A stretch of DNA of 64,000 bases from Nanobdellota archaeon (GTDB taxonomy: Archaea; Nanobdellota; Nanobdellia; Pacearchaeales; GW2011-AR1), in the NCBI GenBank assembly GCA_038044925.1, contig JBBSZC010000004.1, forward strand, positions 11,166 through 75,165. Direction: 5' to 3'. A program made the translations under genes and the position numbers. Of this stretch, positions 27,926 to 36,403 are shown piece by piece; the stretch's first letter is position 1; every line of letters starts with the position of its first letter. Under the pieces are notes generated by a model. That model did no database searches and was not told the origin of the DNA. It saw only the letters and a list, made by a program, of their open reading frames with translations.

Positions 27926-27946
27926 TAACTTAATCCTAAGGATAAA
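27926..27946 (-). repeat. inverted copy of the palindromic repeat core (ATCCTTAGGATTAAGT) directly abutting the 3' end of tRNA-Arg
   Basis: Reverse complement TTTATCCTTAGGATTAAGTTAG shares a 16-nt core with the TA-flanking repeats. Confidence 0.6.
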
Positions 27947-28082
27947 CGCCCCCACGAGGATTTGAACCTCGGTCTCAACCTTCTTACTTTATCTCCTTGA
28001 AATCTAGGAGAGGTAGTGTCAGGAGAACCTTGGTTCTCCCACATCCGCAAGGTCGTGTTCTATCCAACTGAACTATAGGGGC
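27947..28082 (-). tRNA. tRNA-Arg (anticodon GCG) with an intron of about 63 nt
   Basis: Reverse complement: acceptor GCCCCTA/TGGGGGC, D arm GTTC-AGTTGGATA-GAAC, anticodon stem CGACC/GGTTG, loop TTGCGG plus spliced-in A, T arm CGAGGTTCAAATCCTCG, discriminator G. Confidence 0.6.
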
Positions 28083-28141
28083 TGAAAAATTAAATAAAAG
28101 ATAGGATTTAAAGTTTTATAAATTAAGCAAAAATTAAAAAA

Positions 28142-30178
28142 TTACTTTTTTAAAAATTCCTTTATCAATCTATAAACTTCAGGATATTTTTCAGTATTTG
28201 ATAAATCTCTATGGAAATATGAGAAAGTGCTATCTCCACATCCTCCATGAATAATACGATTTTCATAACCCTCTAAAAATGCGCTTGATTCTGTTACAAT
28301 TCCATCTCCTTGTTCTCCAGACATATCACAGCCAGTACCAAATATATTATATACAGGAACTTTTATTTTTTCGCTGTTTTTTAATTTATTAATAAACAAA
28401 CTATCTGCTGCAAGGTCGTTGCATTCTGCTTTTGAACCAAAGACATAACAATAAGTCTTAACTGTCCCTGTTATTCCACTATTTGGGGTGCCTAGAAGGA
28501 TTATTTTATCTATACTATCTTCTCCAAAAATCTGTGCATACCTCCTTGCTACTAAACCTCCCATACTATAACCTACTAAAACAACTTTGCCTCTGTTTGT
28601 TTTGAATTTTACTTCTTCAACAAGCTCCCTCAATCTTATTGCATAAGTATCTATATTATCTGTTTTTGTCTGAACTAAGATTGTCTCTTCTGTATTTTTA
28701 TATAAATCAAAATAATAGCTGCCAGAAAATGTAATTGGTTCTCTTATTAATCCAGACAACCCAAAGAGTTTCTCGTCTTTATCACTTAGCCAGATTATCC
28801 CCCCATTTAAAAAACCCTCTTGTTCTAATTTTTGCTGAATGCCAATAAAAGAATCTAAACTATGTTCTGAAGAAGTTTTTCTATTGAAATCATGTCCGTG
28901 TAAAAATATTACGGGATATAATTGCCTATTATTTTCGCAGGTTTTATCACAACACGCGGAGCAATTTCCTTGAATACAGCATTCTGGATCCGGTTCTTTG
29001 AGTGATGTAAATATATCGATATTTTCTTTTTGAGGAAGCTGTATCTTAATTAAAGTTGAATCATTTATAATTTCTTTTGCAGAACAACATGTATCTGAAA
29101 TAGTTTTTATTTTTTCTTTAATTTCATTTATATCCAAATAAATACTATTCATTCCGTTTATTTTATTCTGAAAAAGTAAAGAAGAATTTTGAATAGAATT
29201 AAATTGTTTTATCAGGGCATCTATATTATTAGAAATTTCTGCTGAAGTTTTTATTTTATTTAAATCTTTTAATTCCTGTTTTATTGACGTTAGATTATCA
29301 ATAAAAAGATTATACTTGTATATTTCACCAATAGTTTTATTAAAATTTATTTTTAAATCGTCTACTGATTTACTAAGAATTAATATGTTTTGGGAGAGAG
29401 CATCACTATATTTCTGCATTTCCCATTGTGATTTCAAACCATTTGCAGTTTTATTAATTTCAAACAAAGAATTGCTTATATTTCCTATTTGTAATTTAAA
29501 ATTTATTATATCTAAAGAATTTATGTTTTTATTTAATTCTAAAATTAGCTTTTCTGATTTTAAGTTTATATTTTCTATGTCGTTAATTAAAGAAGAAAGT
29601 TTTATTTTGGAAGAATCCTTGATTAACTTCTCTTTTTCATTTAAATCGTAGTTTAAAGTTACAATAGTTCTTCTAATAGTGTTCTGCTCTTTTGTATGGC
29701 ATAGTTCTGTCTTTACGCTCCTGCATTTAATATCAAAAGCATATATCTCTTGCCCTTTTCCGTATTTGTCTGTAGTTAGGGAATATTCTTTTGAGACTGG
29801 AATTATTGATTTAGTTTCAAAGCTCCCTAAGTCTATCTGCTCGCCTGTAGCTAAATTATTAAATTCGTAAGAACATACTGAAGTACAAAATGGATTAATA
29901 ATTACATAAGTCTTAAAGTTTATGTTTTGTTTTTCACCATAAGAAAGAAATAAGTTTTCATTATCTACGTTTAATTTTACTACAGTATCTGTTCCCAAAA
30001 GCAGATCTAGATATAAATATAGTTTAGCTCCAAATAAAAAGAGAATTATAACTATAAAAAGAATTATCATAAATATAAAAAAACTCTTCAAAAAGCCCTT
30101 TTTATCTACGTCTCTTTTACTTTTCATAAAGATAGTAAATATCAAGAATATAAAAAGGTATTGAGAACGCTCCTGCAA
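28142..30178 (-). CDS. membrane-anchored extracellular protein: N-terminal TM, long coiled-coil/Asn-rich stalk, Cys-rich linker, C-terminal alpha/beta-hydrolase (lipase-like) domain
   Basis: GxSxG nucleophile elbow VLVGYSMGGLVARRY; CCIQGNCSACCDKTCE Cys cluster; heptad-like Leu/Ile/Asn repeats. Confidence 0.55.
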   Translation of the reverse strand: MQERSQYLFIFLIFTIFMKSKRDVDKKGFLKSFFIFMIILFIVIILFLFGAKLYLYLDLLLGTDTVVKLNVDNENLFLSYGEKQNINFKTYVIINPFCTSVCSYEFNNLATGEQIDLGSFETKSIIPVSKEYSLTTDKYGKGQEIYAFDIKCRSVKTELCHTKEQNTIRRTIVTLNYDLNEKEKLIKDSSKIKLSSLINDIENINLKSEKLILELNKNINSLDIINFKLQIGNISNSLFEINKTANGLKSQWEMQKYSDALSQNILILSKSVDDLKINFNKTIGEIYKYNLFIDNLTSIKQELKDLNKIKTSAEISNNIDALIKQFNSIQNSSLLFQNKINGMNSIYLDINEIKEKIKTISDTCCSAKEIINDSTLIKIQLPQKENIDIFTSLKEPDPECCIQGNCSACCDKTCENNRQLYPVIFLHGHDFNRKTSSEHSLDSFIGIQQKLEQEGFLNGGIIWLSDKDEKLFGLSGLIREPITFSGSYYFDLYKNTEETILVQTKTDNIDTYAIRLRELVEEVKFKTNRGKVVLVGYSMGGLVARRYAQIFGEDSIDKIILLGTPNSGITGTVKTYCYVFGSKAECNDLAADSLFINKLKNSEKIKVPVYNIFGTGCDMSGEQGDGIVTESSAFLEGYENRIIHGGCGDSTFSYFHRDLSNTEKYPEVYRLIKEFLKK

Positions 30179-30291
30179 AATTCAGTAATTAAAATTCCTG
30201 AAACACAAAATGCGAAGCATTTTGTTGCAATCGAACCTGGAACACTAGTTCAATTCCAGAAAAGTATAATTTCGGTTTGCTCAATTATAAA

Positions 30292-30303
30292 ACGCCCCCG
30301 CCA
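30292..30303. repeat. partial duplicate of the tRNA-Ser 3' end (ACGCCCCCGCCA), putative att-like site
   Basis: 12/12 identity with 31676-31687, a GC-rich 12-mer in a roughly 29% GC genome. Confidence 0.5.
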
Positions 30304-30382
30304 TAAGTTAACAGGGTATAACAACGCCTTCTTTTAATTATTCATTTTGTCGAGGAGAATAGAGTTTTTAAATCTTGTCGAG

Positions 30383-31282
30383 CTAAAACCTAATTCTCTC
30401 TTCTTTCATTAGTTCAATTAAAAATTTAACAAGTGGTCTTAAATCTCCTTTTAATTGTGAAGTTTCAAGAGCATTATAATATTCGTGTTTTCTTTTATTG
30501 GGGATATTTATCATAGGATACCCCTTTTTATGAAGTATAAAATTCATTAATAATCTTCCAACTCTTCCATTTCCATCAACGAAAGGGTGAATTGTTTCAA
30601 AAGCTGAATGAAAATAAGCAGATAAAACCAATGGATGAATCTTATTCTTATTTTTAGTATACCAAGAAAGCAAAGAAGCCATTTCTTTTGAAACTTCCTC
30701 TGGTTTTGGTGGCAACCATTCAGTTCCCCTAATATAAACTTGCAGAGTTCTATATTTTCCTATCTGATTATTTAATTCTGGTTTTAATATATTCTTGACT
30801 ACAATCTCATGTAATTCTAAAATTAAATCCTTAGTAATTTCTTGCCTCGTTTTAAGGATATAATCAAAAGCCTCTTTATGATTAACAATTTCATTTATCT
30901 CTCTCAGAGATTTTCTTGGAGTTATATTTTCAAATAAAAGCTGAGAAGTTTCTTGAAGTGTTAATGTGTTTCCCTCAATATTAGTAGAATCGTAAGTGAA
31001 TAAAGAAACAAAAGATTCATATCTATTTTCCAAATTTGCTTTTGGTTGCTTTGCATATTCTTTTTTTATTTTTTCAATTTCTTCTTTCTCTTTATCTGTT
31101 AATAGAGTATTAAGCAAGTTAAGTTCTCTATCTGCTTTCTTCTCTTCTTCAATTAATTTCTTCTTATCTAAATTTAACCCCAGATAAATTCTTTTTTTTA
31201 TTATATCCTTTCCCTTTCTTATAGAAATAACTCTATAATAATACTTTTTCCCATTTCTTTCTTTTATCTCTGTATAAACCAT
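30383..31282 (-). CDS. Fic/Doc-family (Fido) protein
   Basis: Canonical Fic motif HPFVDGNGRVGRLL. Confidence 0.8.
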   Translation of the reverse strand: MVYTEIKERNGKKYYYRVISIRKGKDIIKKRIYLGLNLDKKKLIEEEKKADRELNLLNTLLTDKEKEEIEKIKKEYAKQPKANLENRYESFVSLFTYDSTNIEGNTLTLQETSQLLFENITPRKSLREINEIVNHKEAFDYILKTRQEITKDLILELHEIVVKNILKPELNNQIGKYRTLQVYIRGTEWLPPKPEEVSKEMASLLSWYTKNKNKIHPLVLSAYFHSAFETIHPFVDGNGRVGRLLMNFILHKKGYPMINIPNKRKHEYYNALETSQLKGDLRPLVKFLIELMKEERIRF

Positions 31283-31400
31283 AATATTCTATACGTCTAC
31301 GTCATTTAAATATCTTTTGGTGTAGTAGACGTACATGTTCTTAATTGACAAAGATTAAAAGAAGGTCAATATAAATCAATACTAACAGAAAAAGAAATAA

Positions 31401-31634
31401 TTAAAAATCTTCGGCCATGTCTTCATATTCACTTAAGTCTAATTTTCCACTATCAACTTTCTCTCTTAATTTTTTCACCTTTTCAGTTGATTCTTCAATC
31501 TTGTCTTTTCCAATAGAAGAAACAAAAAGATTTAATTCTATTAAATTAAATTCATTATCAACTGCCTTAATTCTTACATCAAGGTTTCTATGATGTATTG
31601 GAATTTTAAGATTAACCATAGAATACAGAAGCAA
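31401..31634 (-). CDS. hypothetical small acidic protein
   Basis: 77-aa ORF between Fic and tRNA-Ser. Confidence 0.25.
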   Translation of the reverse strand: MLLYSMVNLKIPIHHRNLDVRIKAVDNEFNLIELNLFVSSIGKDKIEESTEKVKKLREKVDSGKLDLSEYEDMAEDF

Positions 31635-31676
31635 CCCCCTTATTTAAGAGTTGCTAACTGTAATGAAAACATTACA

Positions 31677-31756
31677 CGCCCCCGCCAGGAATCGAACCTG
31701 GGAGCCCAAAGGGCATGGTTCTCAAGACCATTGCTCTACCACTGAGCGACAGAGGC
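31677..31756 (-). tRNA. tRNA-Ser (anticodon TGA), no intron
   Basis: Reverse complement: GCCTCTG acceptor, D arm GCTC-AGTGGTA-GAGC, anticodon stem ATGGT/ACCAT, loop CTTGAGA, long variable arm, T arm CCAGGTTCGATTCCTGG. Confidence 0.7.
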
Positions 31757-31835
31757 TTAAAAATAATAAGAGAATTCAGTTTTAAAGGTTTGCCTTTGTA
31801 AAGAATATTAAAATCAAAAAAACCCTCTCGTCTTA

Positions 31836-31950
31836 CCACACACTAAAGTGTGTGGTTTGTTCGTTGGGTTTTTAGGATACAGAAAACAACAGATAGTTGC
31901 AAAGCAACTATCTACTGCCTAAAGGCAGTAGTTTAATTTGTTTTCTGTAT
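31836..31950. other. highly structured element: hairpin CCACACAC-TAAA-GTGTGTGG, then a 13-bp closing stem (ATACAGAAAACAA/TTGTTTTCTGTAT) enclosing two hairpins with AAA/TAAA loops
   Basis: Perfect complementarity read from the sequence; lies between the PH-domain gene and tRNA-Ser. Confidence 0.3.
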
Positions 31951-31970
31951 TATATGATTTAGAAAAAAAA

Positions 31971-32501
31971 TTATAATCCGTCTGAAAAATTCTTGTGAGT
32001 CTTTTTTATTACAAATTCCCTTATCCTTTCTGCATCTTCTATTGAAACTGCTGGAATATATCCTTCTGTAGTCCCTCCAAGTCCCCTAGCAGGCATAGAA
32101 TATCCTGCTGTTTGAATATTTATAGATGAAAATCCAAATATCCTTGCTATTACTCCTCTTTGAATATCTACATTTTGGACTCTTTCATAAGGAATATTAG
32201 AATATCTTTTCCAGATTATCCCTCTTTCTAATTTTAAATTAGTATTAGTGAATTCGTAAAACCACCTATTATAAGACATTCTTGCATAAATCTCTCCAAT
32301 AATTATTACTAACAATAAACCGGCTATAGCTAATAAAATAATAAAGATAAAAATAGAGCTCAAATTAGCACTAGTTCTTGTTGCGTTGAAAAACATACTA
32401 ACTCCAAAAAATAATAATAGGATAATTGCAATTATAAATGTAGAATAAAAACTAACTCTGAATAACCATCTTGCTCCTGGATGTAACCTTGTTTTTACCA
32501 T
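31971..32501 (-). CDS. bacterial-PH (YdbS/DUF304-like) domain membrane protein
   Basis: Two N-terminal TM helices then a PH-like region. Confidence 0.55.
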   Translation of the reverse strand: MVKTRLHPGARWLFRVSFYSTFIIAIILLLFFGVSMFFNATRTSANLSSIFIFIILLAIAGLLLVIIIGEIYARMSYNRWFYEFTNTNLKLERGIIWKRYSNIPYERVQNVDIQRGVIARIFGFSSINIQTAGYSMPARGLGGTTEGYIPAVSIEDAERIREFVIKKTHKNFSDGL

Positions 32502-32556
32502 ATCTATAACTCTAATATATGCTTTAAAAAACTATCTTTTTAATTGAGTTGCAAAA

Positions 32557-32856
32557 TTATAATCCAAAAAGCCTTTTCCACCAAGGTTTTTGGTAGTCAA
32601 TTGTTTTATAGAGATGCCCATTTTCCTCAAAATTATCATAAGTTATCTTAGGTTTTTCCATTTCCTTTTGTCTTTCCTGCTCTTCTTTTCTCTCTTGTTC
32701 AATGATTTCTAAGGCTTTTGAAATTTCAAATCTAGAATAACCCTCGCTTACTAAAGCCCATCTAAGGGTCTCTACAGAATAACCTTTAGCGAGGTTTTTA
32801 TTAATATGCCTTGCTAATTCATTTATCTTATTGGTCCCACGCGGCCTATAATCCAT
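32557..32856 (-). CDS. hypothetical protein
   Basis: 99-aa ORF. Confidence 0.3.
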   Translation of the reverse strand: MDYRPRGTNKINELARHINKNLAKGYSVETLRWALVSEGYSRFEISKALEIIEQERKEEQERQKEMEKPKITYDNFEENGHLYKTIDYQKPWWKRLFGL

Positions 32857-32895
32857 ATTAAAAACTGTTTTTAGGAGTTTATAAAAATTTATATC

Positions 32896-34377
32896 TTAGG
32901 ATATTTTAATTGGTTTTTCTATTTTATAGAACTTTATTGCCTCTTTTATCCTTGATTTAGATTCTGCATAAATAGTAAGAATTTTGTCAGATTTTAAGAT
33001 TTTTTCTCCAAGATGATGGTATAAATAAAGCCCTGCTTTTTTATCTACAGGACAGCCTGCAACTAATGCTAAAGAATTTATTTTTTTATTATTTATCTCT
33101 ATTATTTTCCCTGTTTTTTTGGAAAAAATATCTTTAAAATAATTTGATTTTTTTAAGCGTAATAATTTCTCTGGTTTGCCTTCTTGTGCTTTAATTATAT
33201 CTTTAAATTTTTCAAATGCCCTGCCTGAACAGAGAATTTCCTTAGCTAAAATATATCCCTGGCCTTTTTTGGCTTTGCCTGTCATTTCTAAAAGTTGTCC
33301 AGAAAGAAAAAGAGATTTTTCTTCTAAATCTCTAGGGGATTCTTGTTTATTATCTAAAACTCTTACTATATCTATTAATTCCATTATAGGGCCTATACCG
33401 TTTCCTATAGGCTCGTCTCCTTTTGTCAAAACAGCCTTAACATGCTTGTGAAAATATTTTCCTATTTTTTCGAATTTACCCTTAATTTTAAGCGCATTCT
33501 CTTTTGAAACTTTTGCAAATTTGCCATAAGGAATATCAATGAGGATGTAATTGCTGTTTACTGCGAGTTTTTTTGCGAATATGGACGCAATCATCTGGGC
33601 TTCTGGATCTATCTTTAATTGTTTTTCTATCTGAATAATTTTTGAGTCTGCTGGAACTAATTCTAAAGCTCCTCCCCAGACAATACATGCATTTGTTTTT
33701 TTGACTATCTTTTTTATTTGAATTGGAGTGAATTCTACTTTAGCTATTGCTTCTATTACATCTGCTGTTCCTGCTGCAGAAGTTATTGCTCTAGAAGAGT
33801 TTTTAGGCATTGTCAAACCAGCAGAAGCGCAAATAGAAACAATAATGGGAGTTGTTCTATTTCCAGGAATTCCCCCTATGCAATGTTTATCTGCGATTAA
33901 TTTTGATTTAAAATTAAGCTTACTTCCAGAATTAACTATAGCGTTTATCAGGCTTATTGTTTCTGAAAAGTTCATTTTATTTTTATACATTCCTGAAACA
34001 AACAGGGCTATCTCTGATTCAGAAAGAGAATTATCGGCTATATCTTTTATAATTGCATCAATTTGTTTTCTAGAAAGTCTTTTTCCATTTAGCTTATCTT
34101 TTATGAAGTTTAAACTTTCCGGATAGTTTGCAAGATTAACATCTACTTTTTGCCCTTGATAAAGATTTAATCTTTCTTTTATTTCCGAAGAAACTGCTAT
34201 TTCATTTTCTTTTACAAGTTTTCCTACGGTGTCTACAATTGTAAATAGTTCATGAGAATTAATTTTTATTGAAATCCTGTCCCTCAAATGAACTCCTAAT
34301 TTTTCTGCTGTTCCTTCATTAAGCATTGCTACAGGTACTCCTGCAGACCATTTTAAAATTCTTATTTTAAGCTCCAT
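32896..34377 (-). CDS. deoA: AMP phosphorylase / thymidine phosphorylase family (archaeal DeoA-like)
   Basis: Family layout with DKHCIGGIPGNRTT in place of the DKHSTGGVGD phosphate-binding motif. Confidence 0.8.
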   Translation of the reverse strand: MELKIRILKWSAGVPVAMLNEGTAEKLGVHLRDRISIKINSHELFTIVDTVGKLVKENEIAVSSEIKERLNLYQGQKVDVNLANYPESLNFIKDKLNGKRLSRKQIDAIIKDIADNSLSESEIALFVSGMYKNKMNFSETISLINAIVNSGSKLNFKSKLIADKHCIGGIPGNRTTPIIVSICASAGLTMPKNSSRAITSAAGTADVIEAIAKVEFTPIQIKKIVKKTNACIVWGGALELVPADSKIIQIEKQLKIDPEAQMIASIFAKKLAVNSNYILIDIPYGKFAKVSKENALKIKGKFEKIGKYFHKHVKAVLTKGDEPIGNGIGPIMELIDIVRVLDNKQESPRDLEEKSLFLSGQLLEMTGKAKKGQGYILAKEILCSGRAFEKFKDIIKAQEGKPEKLLRLKKSNYFKDIFSKKTGKIIEINNKKINSLALVAGCPVDKKAGLYLYHHLGEKILKSDKILTIYAESKSRIKEAIKFYKIEKPIKIS

Positions 34378-34397
34378 CCTATTTAAAAATGAAATTA

Positions 34398-35447
34398 TTA
34401 TTTATTTTCTGGTTCTTGTAAAAGTCCAGGAATTCTTTTTTTCCTGTAAATCTCTAAAACAATTAGAAGATAGGCTAAAATTAATGGTCCTAAAAGAAAT
34501 CCTAATATCCCAAATATAAATAATCCCCCAATCATACCTATTAAGATTATGGAAGAGTGCAGTTTAGTCATTCTAGAAATAAATATTGGCCTTATAAAAT
34601 TATCAATTAAAGAGGCCAAACTTCCAAAGATTAAAACTCCTATTGCTGGAACAAAATTTCCTGCTGCCAGCAAATAAATAAAAACAGGCACCCAAATGAT
34701 AAAAGGCCCTATCATTGGAAGTATTGCTGTACCTATAGTTACTAGTGTAAGCAATAAAGCATTAGGAACTCCAAATGCAAAATACCCTATACCTGCTACA
34801 ATGCCTTGTAGAATTCCAATAATTACTTGCCCATATAGAATTGATTTTGTTATTGCGTTTGTTTGTTCGAAAAATCTCTTTTCTACATCTTTTGAAAATG
34901 GAAGCAAGCTTCTCACATAATCACTGAAATATTCTCCATCCCGTAAAACATAGAACATAACAAAAAAAACTACTAAAACTTGAAGAGAAAGTATAGGTAA
35001 ATTGATTAAAGTATCTGAAAGATATCCTGTAAAACTACTTAGAGTTTTAGAAGCCATTGCAGTAATTACTGAGTTTATCTCTGATGAAACTAAATCTGAT
35101 TCGGCAAGAGAGGGAAATATTTTTATTAATGGGGAAAATAAATCCATTTCTTTTACAGAATTGTATACTGTAAAAACCTGTTTTAAAATTACTGGAAGAA
35201 AAAAGGCAATTGGAATAGTTATTGTTGCTATAAAAATAAATGTAATTAAAAAAGCCGAGACATTTTTATTTTTAATATATTTATTGATGAAGTTTTGAAC
35301 AGGGCTGAAAATAAATGCCAGTAAAATTCCAAATATTATAGATAAAACTAGGGGTTTTATAATAAAAAAAGATAAGACTAATAAACTCCCCAAAATTACG
35401 ACTCCTATAATTCTCTTTAAATATTCTTCTTCCATTATAAGAGACAT
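34398..35447 (-). CDS. AI-2E family transporter (UPF0118/PerM-like)
   Basis: 8-TM topology and family-typical sequence. Confidence 0.75.
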   Translation of the reverse strand: MSLIMEEEYLKRIIGVVILGSLLVLSFFIIKPLVLSIIFGILLAFIFSPVQNFINKYIKNKNVSAFLITFIFIATITIPIAFFLPVILKQVFTVYNSVKEMDLFSPLIKIFPSLAESDLVSSEINSVITAMASKTLSSFTGYLSDTLINLPILSLQVLVVFFVMFYVLRDGEYFSDYVRSLLPFSKDVEKRFFEQTNAITKSILYGQVIIGILQGIVAGIGYFAFGVPNALLLTLVTIGTAILPMIGPFIIWVPVFIYLLAAGNFVPAIGVLIFGSLASLIDNFIRPIFISRMTKLHSSIILIGMIGGLFIFGILGFLLGPLILAYLLIVLEIYRKKRIPGLLQEPENK

Positions 35448-35655
35448 CCCCTGGTTTTCTTCTTAGAACTTAAAAATTTCTGGAACTCTAACTCTTGCGA
35501 GTTAAAGTTTATGAAACTTCCCTTGAATTTGTGCTCATGGCTGATTATCATTTTTCTTTATTTAAAGAAGGTTATCTCTATTTATAAAATTTTGTAAGTG
35601 TTAAAAAAATAAATTAAATGAAAAAGTTTATAAGTGAAATTTCAAGAATAGTAAT

Positions 35656-36378
35656 ATGAATTTTATAAAAAAGGTATTTGACAAGAAAGTTGATGAAATT
35701 GTACATATACAATTTAAAAAATTTAGCAGGGGGAAATTTATAGACAAGGCTGTTATAAAAGCAAAAAGAGATGGCAAAGGAAACTTTACTATAATTACGA
35801 CTTATGAGTTTGCTAATGATCTCGTTAGAGATGTTGCAGAAAAATTAGGAAATATTAAAACTAATGTTAAAGGGGTTCTTGTTTCCACAAATGATTTGAC
35901 AGGAGAGCTGGATTTTAATAGCAAGAAGCAATTCATAGGGGTTAAGCAATATAGAATAGATAAAGAAATGACTGGAAATGAAATAATTGGCATTTTAAAC
36001 AAATTTCCAAAAGCTTTTTTTGCCTTGAGTTTTAATGTTGATTCTGGAGGAAATTCAACTGAATTAAAAATAAAAGAAAAGGCTCCAAAGTCTGCTAAAC
36101 CCAGCAATAAGACAGATGAGAAACCTAATCCTGATTTTTGTAAACTTAAAACATCGGATAAAGAACTTGCAGAGAGTTTTGTTTTTGAAAAAATGGATTT
36201 TAAATTAGCAGAGATAAGCCATGATTTTATAATTAAAGAGATAGTAATTCCTGAAGAGCTGAAAAAAGAGAATGACTTTGCAAAGATAAGAGAGTTTTCA
36301 AGAAGAAGGGGGGTTGTGATAAGGAAAGCGATTATTGATGGCAGGGAAATAAGAAGAGAGATTGATTTTGAGGTGTGA
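35656..36378 (+). CDS. hypothetical protein
   Basis: 240-aa ORF convergent with the RT gene. Confidence 0.3.
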   Translation: MNFIKKVFDKKVDEIVHIQFKKFSRGKFIDKAVIKAKRDGKGNFTIITTYEFANDLVRDVAEKLGNIKTNVKGVLVSTNDLTGELDFNSKKQFIGVKQYRIDKEMTGNEIIGILNKFPKAFFALSFNVDSGGNSTELKIKEKAPKSAKPSNKTDEKPNPDFCKLKTSDKELAESFVFEKMDFKLAEISHDFIIKEIVIPEELKKENDFAKIREFSRRRGVVIRKAIIDGREIRREIDFEV

Positions 36379-36403
36379 AGGGGAAGAATGAAGAATTGTT
36401 AAG

